A stretch of 54,286 bases of DNA from an uncultured Verrucomicrobia subdivision 3 bacterium (GCA_903870815.1 CAIQEI010000032.1:1-54286); one strand, 5' to 3'; shown: positions 29,400 through 39,645, counted from the first letter of the stretch. Numbers and translations are program-made. The notes: generated by a model not told the origin, from the letters alone.

Positions 29400-30646
29400 C
29401 GGGCACCTCCGGCGTTGGCTTCTGTCAGGTCGCGCACGGTGTTTTGACTCACGCCCATCGCTTCCAGCAGGCGCGGGTCGCGCTGCGGATACGGCGGATG
29501 CGCGTTGAACTTCTTCAGAAAAACCTTTGCCAGCAGTCCGCCCATGAACATCAGGCAGCCGATGGGCAGCCAGACCCACTTGAAATGATAGCCATAGGGA
29601 TGCAGCGCCGGGAAAATGTTGAAGCCCAGGTCCAGCGCGTGCATCAGCCCGATCCACAGGCAGACGGGTATGATGACCTTGAAATTCATCTTCACTTTCT
29701 CCGGCAGCAGCACGAAGAACGGGATGAAGAAATGGCCGAAAATCAAAACCAGGCTCAAGCCCCACCAGTTGCCGCGTTCCCGGATGAGATACCAGAAGGT
29801 CTCCTCCGGCATGTTGGCGTTCCATACCACAAAGTATTGGGCGAACTCTGTGTAAGCAGAGAACAGCGTGAACCCGAGCAGCAGCACGCCGAGGAAATAA
29901 AAATAGTTCCGCTTCATGACCGGCGCGATGATGCGCTGGCGAACCAAAACCGCCGCGATGACGTAGACCGTGGCCAGTCCGATCCACGCGCAATCGGAGA
30001 AGAAATAAACGCCGTAGATGCAGGAAAACCACTGGTAAGACGTCGCGTTCATCCACAATACGCCGGAATACGTCAGCGTCAGCGCATACGCCACGATCCC
30101 CCAGCCGGAATAGAACCGCAGCTTGCGCGTGCAGTCAGCCGCTCCGGTTTCATCCTGTTTCAGCGACCAGCGGCTCAACTGTGATGAGAGCAGCCACCAG
30201 ATCCCGAAGAATAGCGCCGAGGCTGCCCAGAAACCGGCGGTGGTGAACACCGGCAGCTTGGCCGCCACTAGATTGTTCGTGGCGGAATCCAGCGTCATCC
30301 ACTGGTAAATCTTCGGCCCGAGCAGGCCGATCGGCAAGAACAAAATGGCCAACCACGGGAACAATAACGTCGCAAGGTGCTCGCAAAACCGGCGGATACC
30401 GACCGACCAGCCGGCGTCCGTCAGATGATGCACCATCACCAGAAACAACGCGCCCAGGGCGAGGCTGTAATAGAACATGAACGCCAGCAGCCAGGAAAAA
30501 CCGAATTCATGCAGGTCGTTCCGCTGGTAACTCAGCGCCGCGCCGATGGCGCACAAAATGCCACCGACGACCATCAGGCGGGCCGGCAGCTTCCGCCAGC
30601 GGGACAGGTCCAGCGGCGGCGGCAGATGAGTGGTGTCGTGACTCAT
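29396..30646 (-). CDS. actF: Alternative complex III subunit ActF (membrane)
   Basis: About 10 TM; AGWSVGIRRFCE, WFSCIYG, FAQYFVVWNANMPEET; position in the act cluster. Confidence 0.88.
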   Translation of the reverse strand: MSHDTTHLPPPLDLSRWRKLPARLMVVGGILCAIGAALSYQRNDLHEFGFSWLLAFMFYYSLALGALFLVMVHHLTDAGWSVGIRRFCEHLATLLFPWLAILFLPIGLLGPKIYQWMTLDSATNNLVAAKLPVFTTAGFWAASALFFGIWWLLSSQLSRWSLKQDETGAADCTRKLRFYSGWGIVAYALTLTYSGVLWMNATSYQWFSCIYGVYFFSDCAWIGLATVYVIAAVLVRQRIIAPVMKRNYFYFLGVLLLGFTLFSAYTEFAQYFVVWNANMPEETFWYLIRERGNWWGLSLVLIFGHFFIPFFVLLPEKVKMNFKVIIPVCLWIGLMHALDLGFNIFPALHPYGYHFKWVWLPIGCLMFMGGLLAKVFLKKFNAHPPYPQRDPRLLEAMGVSQNTVRDLTEANAGGAR

Positions 30647-30647
30647 A

Positions 30648-31301
30648 TTATTTCAGGGCGGCGGACTGCTCCGCCGTCAAATCGTTGGTCGTTCCCAGCC
30701 AGCTTAATTGCAGCGCGCGCAGATAGGCGATCACCGCCCAGCGGTCCTCCGTCGGCAGCAGCGGGCCGGCGGCGCCCATCAGGCCCTTGCCGTAGCTGAC
30801 CGTGTTGAAGATCTCGCCGTCCGTCATCTCGACGATGCGCTGGTCGTGCAGGTTCGCCACCGCCGCCATGACGCCGATTTTCTTCGTGATGCCGTTGCCG
30901 TTGCCCAGCCGTCCGTGGCATGGCGCGCAATAAATATCAAACCGTTCGCGTCCGCGCTGGAGCAACGCTTCGTTCACGGCCAGCGGGTTCGTCTCAATAA
31001 AGTTGGTCATGCCGGCAACCCGGCCCGTGTTCACCGGCGAATCTTCAAAGCGGTAAACGCTGCCATTCGCCGTCTCGATCGGCTGGCTGCGCGCTACTGT
31101 GCCGGCGGGGGGCAACTGTGAGCTGAGGCCGTTCGTGAAAAAACGGAACGGCTCCTGCGGCCGCAATTTCGCCTGGCGGTCCATGTCGGGAAACAGCTCA
31201 AACGGCGGCTGGCGCATCATCCGGCCCTGCAAACCGAGCATCCCGAACAACGCCGCGCCGATGGCTGCGCCAATCAATAAAATGGAGACGTAATAGCGCA
31301 T
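30648..31301 (-). CDS. actE: Alternative complex III subunit ActE (monoheme cytochrome c)
   Basis: FPDMDRQAKLRPQ, PAGTVAR, RGRERFDIYCAPCHG, GKGLM, DRWAVIAYLRALQ. Start at ATG 31301 (TAATG overlap with actD). Confidence 0.9.
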   Translation of the reverse strand: MRYYVSILLIGAAIGAALFGMLGLQGRMMRQPPFELFPDMDRQAKLRPQEPFRFFTNGLSSQLPPAGTVARSQPIETANGSVYRFEDSPVNTGRVAGMTNFIETNPLAVNEALLQRGRERFDIYCAPCHGRLGNGNGITKKIGVMAAVANLHDQRIVEMTDGEIFNTVSYGKGLMGAAGPLLPTEDRWAVIAYLRALQLSWLGTTNDLTAEQSAALK

Positions 31302-31840
31302 TAGTCGTGGTCCTCCACCAGGGCGACGTGTGCGCCGCCGATCCCTTCCAGCAATTTCCGGGTCTCCGTGGCGCAAAACTTTTCATCCTGCGCGCCGATG
31401 ACCAGTATGAACTTGTCGCGCGAGACGAGGTCAAACCGCTTGTGGTCCAAGAGCGGATGATGCAGGCGCGGGAGCTGGTTGAGGCCGAGCATTCCCACGA
31501 GCGCGCCGATCGCCCCGCCCATTATGAGCATGATGTAGGACGGCACAAACGTCATCGGCACGCTGAACATCGGCTTGCCGCCCACGATGAGCGGATAATC
31601 AAACGCGTTCGTGAACCAGAGCAGGCCGACCACCGAGGCAAAAGCGCCCGCGCCCATCGCGAGCGAGACCCAGCCCACCAGCGAATTGCCCAGTTGCATC
31701 ACCTGGTCCATGCCGTGAACCGGGAACGGCGTGAATGCGTCCCAGCGGCGGTACCCGGCGTCGCGGACTTTTTTCGCCGCGCGCAAAATGGCCGCGGGCG
31801 AATCAAATTCCGCGCTGATCCCGTAAAGCTTTTCACTCAT
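31301..31840 (-). CDS. actD: Alternative complex III subunit ActD (DUF3341)
   Basis: AEFDSP, DAFTPFPVHG, DYPLIVGGKP, LPRLHHP. Confidence 0.92.
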   Translation of the reverse strand: MSEKLYGISAEFDSPAAILRAAKKVRDAGYRRWDAFTPFPVHGMDQVMQLGNSLVGWVSLAMGAGAFASVVGLLWFTNAFDYPLIVGGKPMFSVPMTFVPSYIMLIMGGAIGALVGMLGLNQLPRLHHPLLDHKRFDLVSRDKFILVIGAQDEKFCATETRKLLEGIGGAHVALVEDHD

Positions 31841-33272
31841 GGCCGGCCCCCTTTGTTGCGCCGCCCAGCGGATGATGCGGGTCGGCTTCGGGCATGACCC
31901 CCTTCACTTCGGAGATGGCGATGACCGGCAGGAATTTCACGAACAGCAGATAGAGCATGAAAAACGCACCCAGCGTGCCGACGTATAGGCCGATGTCCCA
32001 GATCGTCGGCATGTATTTTCCCCAGTTCGCCGGCAGAAAATCCTGGTACAGCGAGCCGACCACGATCACAAAGCGTTCGCTCCACATGCCGATGTTGATC
32101 AGCAGGCCGATCACAAAGAGCGCCCACAGATTGGACCGGATTTTTTTGAACCAGAGCAGTTGCGTCACGCAGACGTTGATGCCGATCAAAATCCAGCCCA
32201 TCACCATGTAGGTATGCCCGAAGAGCCGGTGCCCGAACACCCAGCGTTCATACGGGTCGCCGCTGTACCAGGCGATGAAAAACTCCATCATGTAGATGTA
32301 GTCAATGATCAGGCCGCTGACCAAAGCCAGCTTCGCCACCGTGGCGATGTGGCTTTTGGTGATGATGTTTTCGAGGTTACACAGCTTGCGCAGCGGAATC
32401 AGCAGCACCAGCATCATGCCGAAGCCGCAGAACACCGCGCCGATGACGAAGTAGAGCGGGAATATCGTCGCGTGCCAGCCCGCAATCTGCGCGGTGCAGA
32501 AGTCGAGACCGACGATGGAACTCACCGTGAACACCAGCAGCGTGCACAGGCCGCACAGCACCACGTAGGCCTTTTCATAGTTATGCCACTGCCGCGCCGA
32601 ACCCGTCCAGCCCATCGCAAGAAAAGTGAAAATGGTTTTGCGGATGCGCGTGGTCGAGCGGTCGCGCAGGACGGCAAAATCCGGAATCATCCCCATGAAC
32701 CAAAACAGAGACGAGACCACGAGATAAGTGTTCACTGCAAACACGTCCCACATCAGCGGCGATTTGAATTGCGGCCATAGGCCGTTTGAATTCGGCACCG
32801 GAAACATGAACCAGTCGAACCAGGCGCGGCCGACGTGAATGGCCGGATACAATCCCGCCATCATCACGGAAAAAACCGTCATCGCCTCGGCCATGCGGCC
32901 GATGGTGGTGCGCCAGTGCTGTTTGGTCAGAAATAGCAGCGCCGAGATCAGCGTGCCCGCGTGCGCGACGCCAACCCACCAGATGAAGTTGACGATATCC
33001 AGGCCCCACATCACTGGATGGTTATTTCCCCAGACGCCGACGCCTGTGAACACCTGATAAAACAGACAGACCGGGAAAATGACCGTGGCCGCAAAGGCCG
33101 CCGGCAGAAATACAATCCACCACCAGAGCGGCGTCTTCGCCTCGGCAAACGCGGACAACTTGTCCGTCAGCCAGCCAAGTCCCTGGTTGCCTTCAACCAC
33201 GGGTGCGCGACCCAGCTCCGCCGGCGGCGCGAGCCGTTTCAATTCTTCAAGATTGGTCACGGAGTCAGCCAT
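31833..33272 (-). CDS. actC: Alternative complex III subunit ActC (NrfD/PsrC family)
   Basis: [62 protein letters not shown]. Confidence 0.94.
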   Translation of the reverse strand: MADSVTNLEELKRLAPPAELGRAPVVEGNQGLGWLTDKLSAFAEAKTPLWWWIVFLPAAFAATVIFPVCLFYQVFTGVGVWGNNHPVMWGLDIVNFIWWVGVAHAGTLISALLFLTKQHWRTTIGRMAEAMTVFSVMMAGLYPAIHVGRAWFDWFMFPVPNSNGLWPQFKSPLMWDVFAVNTYLVVSSLFWFMGMIPDFAVLRDRSTTRIRKTIFTFLAMGWTGSARQWHNYEKAYVVLCGLCTLLVFTVSSIVGLDFCTAQIAGWHATIFPLYFVIGAVFCGFGMMLVLLIPLRKLCNLENIITKSHIATVAKLALVSGLIIDYIYMMEFFIAWYSGDPYERWVFGHRLFGHTYMVMGWILIGINVCVTQLLWFKKIRSNLWALFVIGLLINIGMWSERFVIVVGSLYQDFLPANWGKYMPTIWDIGLYVGTLGAFFMLYLLFVKFLPVIAISEVKGVMPEADPHHPLGGATKGAGHE

Positions 33273-36200
33273 TAGCTGGTTCCTTTCTTGGTCAGGCTGC
33301 CGTTTTCATATTCCTCGGTGCTGAAGGGATCATGATAATCCGGCATATGCGGATTCGGATTGCGGATCCGCGCCAGGTACGTCGTGCGCGGCTTAGTGAG
33401 CAAATCCGCGAGCACGGAATAATTCTGCGGCAGCAATTTCAATTTCGACACCGAGCTGTCGGGGTCGCTGACATCGCCAAAAGTGATCGCTCCCGCCGGA
33501 CACGCCTGCTGGCACGCGGTCTTCGGCACCGTTCCCGCCGCCTCTGATAGCCGCACGTGGTCGCTCGCGCCCGCCTTCGCTTTCTGCGCAATCTTCGCGT
33601 GCTCGATGCGCTGCGTGCAATAGGTGCACTTCTCCATGACGCCGCGCATGCGCACCGTTACGTCGGGATTCTTTGAGAGCTTAATCAGGTCCCATTCGTC
33701 TTCCGAGCGCATCCCGCTGTTCGGATCCTTCCACCAGCGCAGCAAATCCCATTCGCCATCCGTCTTGTGCGTTAGCGTGGTTGAATAGATCGTCCCCTTC
33801 AGCTCGGTCAATGGCCGCTTGTTGAAATCTAGATAATTGAAGCGCCGGACCTTGTACGGGCAGTTGTTTGAGCAATAGCGCGTGCCGATGCAACGGTTAT
33901 ACGCCATGACGTTCAAACCTTCCTGGTCATGGACGGTCGCGTTCACGGGGCAGACGCTTTCGCACGGCGCCGCTTCGCATTGCTGGCACAGCATTGGCTG
34001 GTTGACTGCCTGCACGTCGTCAATCCATTCCGCAAACTGCTGCTTCTCGTCGGTCTGGTTTTCGTCCGACCGGGGATCAAAGATGCTTGGATTATTTTTC
34101 CGCTTCGGATCGCTGGTGTAATAGCGGTCAATGCGCATCCAATGCATCTCCCGGCCGCGCTTCACCTGGTCTTTTCCGACGATCGGAATGTTGTTCTCGC
34201 TCTGGCACGCGACCACGCAGGTCCCGCACCCGACACAGGCGTTCAAGTCCACGGTCATGCCCCACTGGTGCAATGCCGTCTTCTTCGCCTCGTCGAGCGG
34301 GTTCGGATACAGCGACTGAACCACCGGCGGTTCGACGCCATGAAATTTTTCCTGGGCGAACGTCGGTTCCTTGATGAACTCGTCGAGGTTCGCCTCGCGC
34401 ACCGCCGGCCGGCCTTCCATACTCCAATGATGCTGCGTGCAGGCAAGTGTATAAGTCTCGCCGGTCTTTTTGATCGTCGCGCCGGTCTCGATATATTTGC
34501 CGAAAAAAATCTTGTAGGCGTTGAAGCCGACGCCAGTGCCGACGCGTCCGGCTTTCTCGCGACCGTAACCCAGCGCGAGGCCGAGCGAATAATCCGCCAT
34601 GCCCGGCTGCGTCCAGATCGGACCGGAAACGGTTTTGCCGTTCAAAGAAATTTCGACGATGTCGCCATTCGCCACGCCAATATCACGCGCCGTCTTGCGG
34701 CTGATGAGCACGGCGTTATCCCACGTCATCTTCGTGATCGGATCCGGCAACTCCTGCATCCAGCCGTTGTTTGCGTAACGCCCGTCGTCCAACTTCGCGT
34801 CGCGATAGAAAATTACTTCAAAGCCATTCGCTGAAGGTGGGGAATAGCTTTTAATGAATGGAGCCTCGATGGCCTTTCCATTATCATTCGTCGGCACGGC
34901 CTTTGCTGATTGCACATAACCAGCAAACAAAAACTTCTTCCAGTTTTCATCCGTGTCGCCAAAACCCGAACGGACAATTTCGTAGGCGCTGGTTTGTGAT
35001 TCACCAGCAATGCGCGCGATAAATTCAAGTTCGTTTAAGCCGCCAAAGAGCGGTTGGATAAGCGGCTGCACCGGAACCATCGATCCATCGCTCGTGATTG
35101 CATCGCCCCATGATTCTAAATAGTGCGTTGCTGGAAAATTCCATTTGGATTTTTCCGTTGTTTCGTCCTCATAGTAACCGAGGCGAACAACGGATTTTGC
35201 TTTCGATGACCAGTTCAGATTATAAGCTGGGTTGCCGCCAAGAATGATCAGCGTATCAATTGAATCGCTGTCGAGATTCTTCAAATCCGCGCCTGCAATT
35301 TCCGCCGGTTGAGACAAATAGACGCTTCCATTAGCATTGAGCGAACTCGGCATCAGGTCGATTGTATTACCAAAAGCACCGAGTGCTGAATTAATTGCCA
35401 ATGCGAGTAAATGAACTTCAAGCGGTTGACGCTGGCCGGTAACGACCAAGGCATTTCCGGGATTTGCAGCTAAATCTTTAGCGCATTCGGAAATCCATTT
35501 TGCATCCAGACCGGCTGGCACGGTGACTGGTGCTGATTTAGCTTGCGGAAGTGTCAACCCAAAGACCTCAAGAGAAATTGCTTGTGCAATCTGGCCAATC
35601 AAACTTGCGGCAACACGCAGCCGGTGATCCGCGCTCGCGCCGGTGAGCGTGAACAACGATTCCACCGCGTAAAGCCGGCTCATCCCCTCGCCTGCCTTGC
35701 GGCCGGCGGCAAATTTGCGGATGTGATTATGGCTGTCATCCTCGCCGCCGAGAAAATCGCAGTCCAGCGACAGAATGACCTTTGCCTTGTCGAAATGGAA
35801 CACCGGCTTCACCGGCCGGCCGAACGCCTGCGTCGCCGCGCGCTGGTGGATGCCGGAATCAATCGCATCGTAGGTGAACCATTGCGACTTCGGGAATTTG
35901 TCCGCAATGATTTTTTGCAGCCGCGCGCGAGATGGCGAAGTGCTGCTTTCGGCGAGGAAAGCCAGTCCTTCGCCGGATTTCGCCGCAAACTTCTTCGATA
36001 GCTCGTCAAGGAACCCCAAGGCTTCTTCGCGCGAAACGACTTTGCCATCATGCTTGAAATGCCGCGCGCGGTCGGGATCGTAAAGGTCCAGGATCGATGC
36101 CTGCGCGTAGCGGTCGGTGCTCCCGTTGCTGCCGGGATAAAGTGAATTGCCTTCGATTTTGACCGGCCGGCCTTCGTAAGATTTGACAACCAATGGAATC

Positions 36201-36523
36201 GCGCCGGTGCGCGTGGGCATGGCGGTCGCAAAATACTGCGCGTCGCCATACGTATAATTCTCCGGCTGCTTGCCGTAAGGTTCGAGCTTCTCTTCCGGCC
36301 GGCGGCAGCCTGCGCCGAGCGTCGCGATGCCGGCAAAGGCAAACGACGCCGACATGATTTTCAGGAAATTGCGGCGGCTCTGGCCGTCCTCCACCATCTC
36401 GCTGGCGCCGACGGGAAATTCGCGATGCAGCCAGTCCTTGAACTCCGGCGTATCCGCCAGTTCATCCAAGCTCCGCCAGTAGCGCTTGCCAGTTGCTGAA
36501 TTTGATGTTGGCGAATGGTTCAT
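33272..36523 (-). CDS. actB: Alternative complex III subunit ActB (molybdopterin-oxidoreductase-like plus Fe-S domains, Tat-exported lipoprotein)
   Basis: YWRSLDEL, SRRNFLK twin-Arg, AGC; CVGCGTCVVAC, CQQC...PCESVCP, CIGTRYCSNNCP, CTYC...ACQQACP. Confidence 0.95.
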   Translation of the reverse strand: MNHSPTSNSATGKRYWRSLDELADTPEFKDWLHREFPVGASEMVEDGQSRRNFLKIMSASFAFAGIATLGAGCRRPEEKLEPYGKQPENYTYGDAQYFATAMPTRTGAIPLVVKSYEGRPVKIEGNSLYPGSNGSTDRYAQASILDLYDPDRARHFKHDGKVVSREEALGFLDELSKKFAAKSGEGLAFLAESSTSPSRARLQKIIADKFPKSQWFTYDAIDSGIHQRAATQAFGRPVKPVFHFDKAKVILSLDCDFLGGEDDSHNHIRKFAAGRKAGEGMSRLYAVESLFTLTGASADHRLRVAASLIGQIAQAISLEVFGLTLPQAKSAPVTVPAGLDAKWISECAKDLAANPGNALVVTGQRQPLEVHLLALAINSALGAFGNTIDLMPSSLNANGSVYLSQPAEIAGADLKNLDSDSIDTLIILGGNPAYNLNWSSKAKSVVRLGYYEDETTEKSKWNFPATHYLESWGDAITSDGSMVPVQPLIQPLFGGLNELEFIARIAGESQTSAYEIVRSGFGDTDENWKKFLFAGYVQSAKAVPTNDNGKAIEAPFIKSYSPPSANGFEVIFYRDAKLDDGRYANNGWMQELPDPITKMTWDNAVLISRKTARDIGVANGDIVEISLNGKTVSGPIWTQPGMADYSLGLALGYGREKAGRVGTGVGFNAYKIFFGKYIETGATIKKTGETYTLACTQHHWSMEGRPAVREANLDEFIKEPTFAQEKFHGVEPPVVQSLYPNPLDEAKKTALHQWGMTVDLNACVGCGTCVVACQSENNIPIVGKDQVKRGREMHWMRIDRYYTSDPKRKNNPSIFDPRSDENQTDEKQQFAEWIDDVQAVNQPMLCQQCEAAPCESVCPVNATVHDQEGLNVMAYNRCIGTRYCSNNCPYKVRRFNYLDFNKRPLTELKGTIYSTTLTHKTDGEWDLLRWWKDPNSGMRSEDEWDLIKLSKNPDVTVRMRGVMEKCTYCTQRIEHAKIAQKAKAGASDHVRLSEAAGTVPKTACQQACPAGAITFGDVSDPDSSVSKLKLLPQNYSVLADLLTKPRTTYLARIRNPNPHMPDYHDPFSTEEYENGSLTKKGTS

Positions 36524-36542
36524 GCTAGGGCGGCAGCGGAAA

Positions 36543-36641
36543 ATTTACGATTTACGATATACGATTTACGAGCCACAAAAGAATCCACGCAGCGTCCGGC
36601 AAGGGACAGCTCTCGTAAATCGTATATCGTATATCGTAAAT
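36543..36641. repeat. Inverted pair of 4x heptamer arrays forming a long hairpin
   Basis: (ATTTACG/ATATACG)x4+AG at 36543-36572 and its reverse complement at 36612-36641 (29/30 match), 39-nt loop. Confidence 0.9.
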
Positions 36642-36655
36642 ACATATGCATGTGG

Positions 36656-37318
36656 TTAGCGATGGCACGCCGAGCAGCTTTGCAGTGATTCAACTTTCCA
36701 GTCGTGCACAAACTTTTTCCCGTTCACCTCCTGCAAATGTTCGGCTTCGGCGGCGTTCGTGCTCCACTGCCAGCCGAGATCCGTGACTTTGCTTGGTGGA
36801 CGAATATTGGCCGCGGGATCGCGATGGCAATCCAGGCAGAAACTCATGCTCATGGACTTGACCTCGCGCACTTCGTCCATCTGGTCCACGCGCCCGTGGC
36901 AGGCCACGCAACTGATGCCGCGCGTGACATGGACCGAGTGGTTGAAATAAACGTAGTCCGGCACGATATGCACCTGCACCCACGGCACTGGCGTGTTGTT
37001 CGCCGCGCTGTCGCGGATGATTTGCAGCCGCGGATCATCCTTCAGCACCTGGTTATGGCAGTTCATGCAGGTGGACGCGCCGGGAAGATTCGAGAACCAG
37101 GATTTTTCCACCCCGTTGTGGCAATAGCGGCAGTCCACGCCGAGCTGGCCCGCATGGATTTTGTGCGAAAACGGCACCGGCTGCACCGGCTGGTAGCCGG
37201 CGCGGGTGTACTTGGGCGTGAGATAATACGTCACGCCCGCCGCCACGCCGCCGCCGGCCAGGCCCGCTCCGATCAAGAGCACCAGCGGCAAACTGTTTGT
37301 CCACTTCGGAAAAATCAC
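36656..37318 (-). CDS. actA: Alternative complex III subunit ActA (pentaheme cytochrome c)
   Basis: N-terminal TM, QPVPFSHKIH; five CxxCH (CRYCH, CMNCH, CVACH, CLDCH, CSACH). GTG start. Confidence 0.94.
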   Translation of the reverse strand: MIFPKWTNSLPLVLLIGAGLAGGGVAAGVTYYLTPKYTRAGYQPVQPVPFSHKIHAGQLGVDCRYCHNGVEKSWFSNLPGASTCMNCHNQVLKDDPRLQIIRDSAANNTPVPWVQVHIVPDYVYFNHSVHVTRGISCVACHGRVDQMDEVREVKSMSMSFCLDCHRDPAANIRPPSKVTDLGWQWSTNAAEAEHLQEVNGKKFVHDWKVESLQSCSACHR

Positions 37319-37420
37319 TGCGTTCTTAAAATTAAATCCGCTACCAGTTAAAAGTCGTTCGGCTAACCGCGAAATTGAGGCCGTGTTTTAACAACTGCCC
37401 GCCGCCTTCGCAAGAATAGT

Positions 37421-37438
37421 TTGTGAAATATTTCACGT
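37421..37438. promoter_or_regulatory. Rex-like (or CRP-family) operator upstream of the act operon
   Basis: TTGTGAA-ATAT-TTCACGT versus Rex consensus TTGTGAA-N4-TTCACAA; about 100 bp upstream of actA. Confidence 0.55.
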
Positions 37439-37588
37439 GGAAACACGCCGGAAGGTCACGGATAGAACGGAAAAGCCAAACTTGTCGTTGCAAGCGGAAG
37501 AATTCCCCAGGTGCAGGAATTCCAGCTTGGGTTTGTGTCAGGTAGGTGCCAGGTAAACAAGCCAAAACACGAAAACCCAAACAAAAGG

Positions 37589-37666
37589 TGGTCGGAGCGA
37601 CAGGATTCGAACCTGCGACTTCGTGGACCCAAACCACGCGCTCTAGCCAGGCTGAGCTACGCTCCG
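37589..37666 (-). tRNA. tRNA-Pro(UGG)
   Basis: CGGAGCGTAGCTCAGCCTGGCTAGAGCGCGTGGTTTGGGTCCACGAAGTCGCAGGTTCGAATCCTGTCGCTCCGACCA: cloverleaf, TGG anticodon, GTTCGA T-loop, encoded CCA. Confidence 0.97.
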
Positions 37667-37978
37667 ATACAGTAACGGGAACCCTGCGTCCCGCATGGTG
37701 CGGTCAGTTGACGGTTGCCATCGCTCGGAGCAATTCAGGCCGCCACAAACCGTGGATCATGATTTTGCCCGGTTCCATTTGAAGGGCAAGCTGATTTGAT
37801 GGAATCCCGATATCGTACTTTACACTATTCTGGAGCGGCTTCGATCCGTTGCCCGCAGACGCTTTGAAGACGCTTGCGCATCGCGGCGGACTTGGCACCA
37901 TCGTGGACGCTGAAGGTGGCGATTTCTAAACGTCTTGAACCGCCAACCTGACCGCCAAACACAGGAACATTAACCCGT

Positions 37979-39622
37979 ATGTCATCCACTCTGAAACCAC
38001 TCACCCGCCGTCCCGCCTGGAAAGCCCTGGCAGTTCACCAGAAAAAAATCAAGGGACGACATCTCCGCGAACTGTTTGCCGCCGATCCTAAACGCGGCGA
38101 ACGCCTGACCGCCGAGGCCGCCGGACTGTTTCTCGATTACTCAAAAAACCGGGTTTCCGCCGAAACGCTCAAGTTGCTCCAGCGTCTGGCGACAGAGTCC
38201 GGCCTGCGCCAGCGCATCGATGCGATGTTTGCCGGCGATAAAATCAATATCACCGAAAATCGTGCGGTGCTGCACGTCGCGCTGCGCGCCCCCAAAGGCG
38301 CGACGATTCTCGTGGACGGCAAGAATGTGGTGCCGGAGGTTCATGCCGTGCTCGACAAGATGGTGGCGTTTGCCGACCGGGTTCGCAGCGGCCGATGGCT
38401 GGGCCACACCGGCAAACGCATCCGCAACGTCGTCAATATCGGCATCGGCGGCTCGGATCTCGGGCCGGTGATGGCTTACGAGGCTTTGAAGTTTTACAGC
38501 GACCGCAATCTGACCTTCCGTTTCGTGTCCAATGTGGACGGTGCGGACTTCGTGGAGGCAGTCCACGACCTCAACCCGGCGGAAACACTGTTCATCGTTT
38601 CATCCAAAACCTTCACCACGCAGGAGACCATGACCAACGCCCAAAGCGCGCGTGGCTGGCTGCTGAAGGGCCTCGGCGGAAGCACCAAGGCGGTGGCGAA
38701 ACATTTCGTGGCGGTCTCGACGAATGCGGAAAAAGTGTCCGCTTTCGGCATTGATACGGCGAACATGTTCGGCTTCTGGGATTGGGTCGGCGGGCGCTAC
38801 TCGATGGATTCGGCCATCGGACTTTCTACCATGCTGGCGGTCGGCCCGAAAAGTTTTCGCGCGATGCTGGCCGGTTTCCACGCGATGGACGAGCATTTCC
38901 GGACCGCGCCGTTTGCGAAAAATCTGCCGGTGCTCATGGCGCTGCTCTCGGTCTGGAACAACAATTTCCTCGGCGCGGAAACCGTGGCGGTGCTGCCTTA
39001 CGAAAATTATCTCAAACGTTTTCCCGCATACCTCCAGCAATTGACCATGGAAAGCAACGGCAAGCACGTGACGCTCGCCGGCAAAGCGGTGGATTACCAA
39101 ACTAGCCCGATTTATTGGGGGGAGCCGGGCACGAACGGCCAGCATTCGTTCTACCAACTTATTCATCAAGGGACACGACTCATCCCGTGCGACTTCATCG
39201 CTTTTGCGCACGCGCTCACGCCGTTGGGACGGCATCACGACATTTTGCTGGCGAATGTATTCGCGCAGGCCGAGGCGCTCGCGTTCGGCAAGACCCCCGC
39301 CGAAGTGAAGGCCGAAGGCACGGCGGATTGGCTAGTGCCGCACCGCGTGTTCGAGGGCAACCGGCCCTCGAACACGATTCTCGCCGAACGGCTCACCCCG
39401 GAAATTCTCGGGGCGCTCGTGGCCCTTTACGAACACATCGTATTCACCCAGGGCGCGATCTGGGACGTGAATCCGTTCGATCAATGGGGAGTGGAATTGG
39501 GCAAGGCGCTGGCGCAGCGGATTGTTCCCGAACTCGAGAGCCGGTCGTCGCCCAACCTTAAGCACGACAGCTCCACCAACCATCTCATCCGGCGCTACCG
39601 GAAAATGAAGTCATCGCGCTAA
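37979..39622 (+). CDS. pgi: Glucose-6-phosphate isomerase
   Basis: [42 protein letters not shown]. Confidence 0.99.
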   Translation: MSSTLKPLTRRPAWKALAVHQKKIKGRHLRELFAADPKRGERLTAEAAGLFLDYSKNRVSAETLKLLQRLATESGLRQRIDAMFAGDKINITENRAVLHVALRAPKGATILVDGKNVVPEVHAVLDKMVAFADRVRSGRWLGHTGKRIRNVVNIGIGGSDLGPVMAYEALKFYSDRNLTFRFVSNVDGADFVEAVHDLNPAETLFIVSSKTFTTQETMTNAQSARGWLLKGLGGSTKAVAKHFVAVSTNAEKVSAFGIDTANMFGFWDWVGGRYSMDSAIGLSTMLAVGPKSFRAMLAGFHAMDEHFRTAPFAKNLPVLMALLSVWNNNFLGAETVAVLPYENYLKRFPAYLQQLTMESNGKHVTLAGKAVDYQTSPIYWGEPGTNGQHSFYQLIHQGTRLIPCDFIAFAHALTPLGRHHDILLANVFAQAEALAFGKTPAEVKAEGTADWLVPHRVFEGNRPSNTILAERLTPEILGALVALYEHIVFTQGAIWDVNPFDQWGVELGKALAQRIVPELESRSSPNLKHDSSTNHLIRRYRKMKSSR

Positions 39623-39645
39623 TTTGCCATCAACTAAAGAGCCCC

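Noticed and set aside
29046-30056. 336-aa ORF overlapping actF
   Set aside because: Only the last 117 aa (from ATG 29399) look like a protein; the rest is an alternative frame of actF.
36520-36711. 63-aa ORF between actA and actB, and the possibility of a CRISPR array
   Set aside because: The ORF is a translation of the heptamer hairpin. No repeat-spacer structure or cas gene exists anywhere in the window.
37319-37588. tRNA-Pro as an integration site for the act operon
   Set aside because: No integrase, no duplicated tRNA 3' end seen, and most act genes have host-like codon use.
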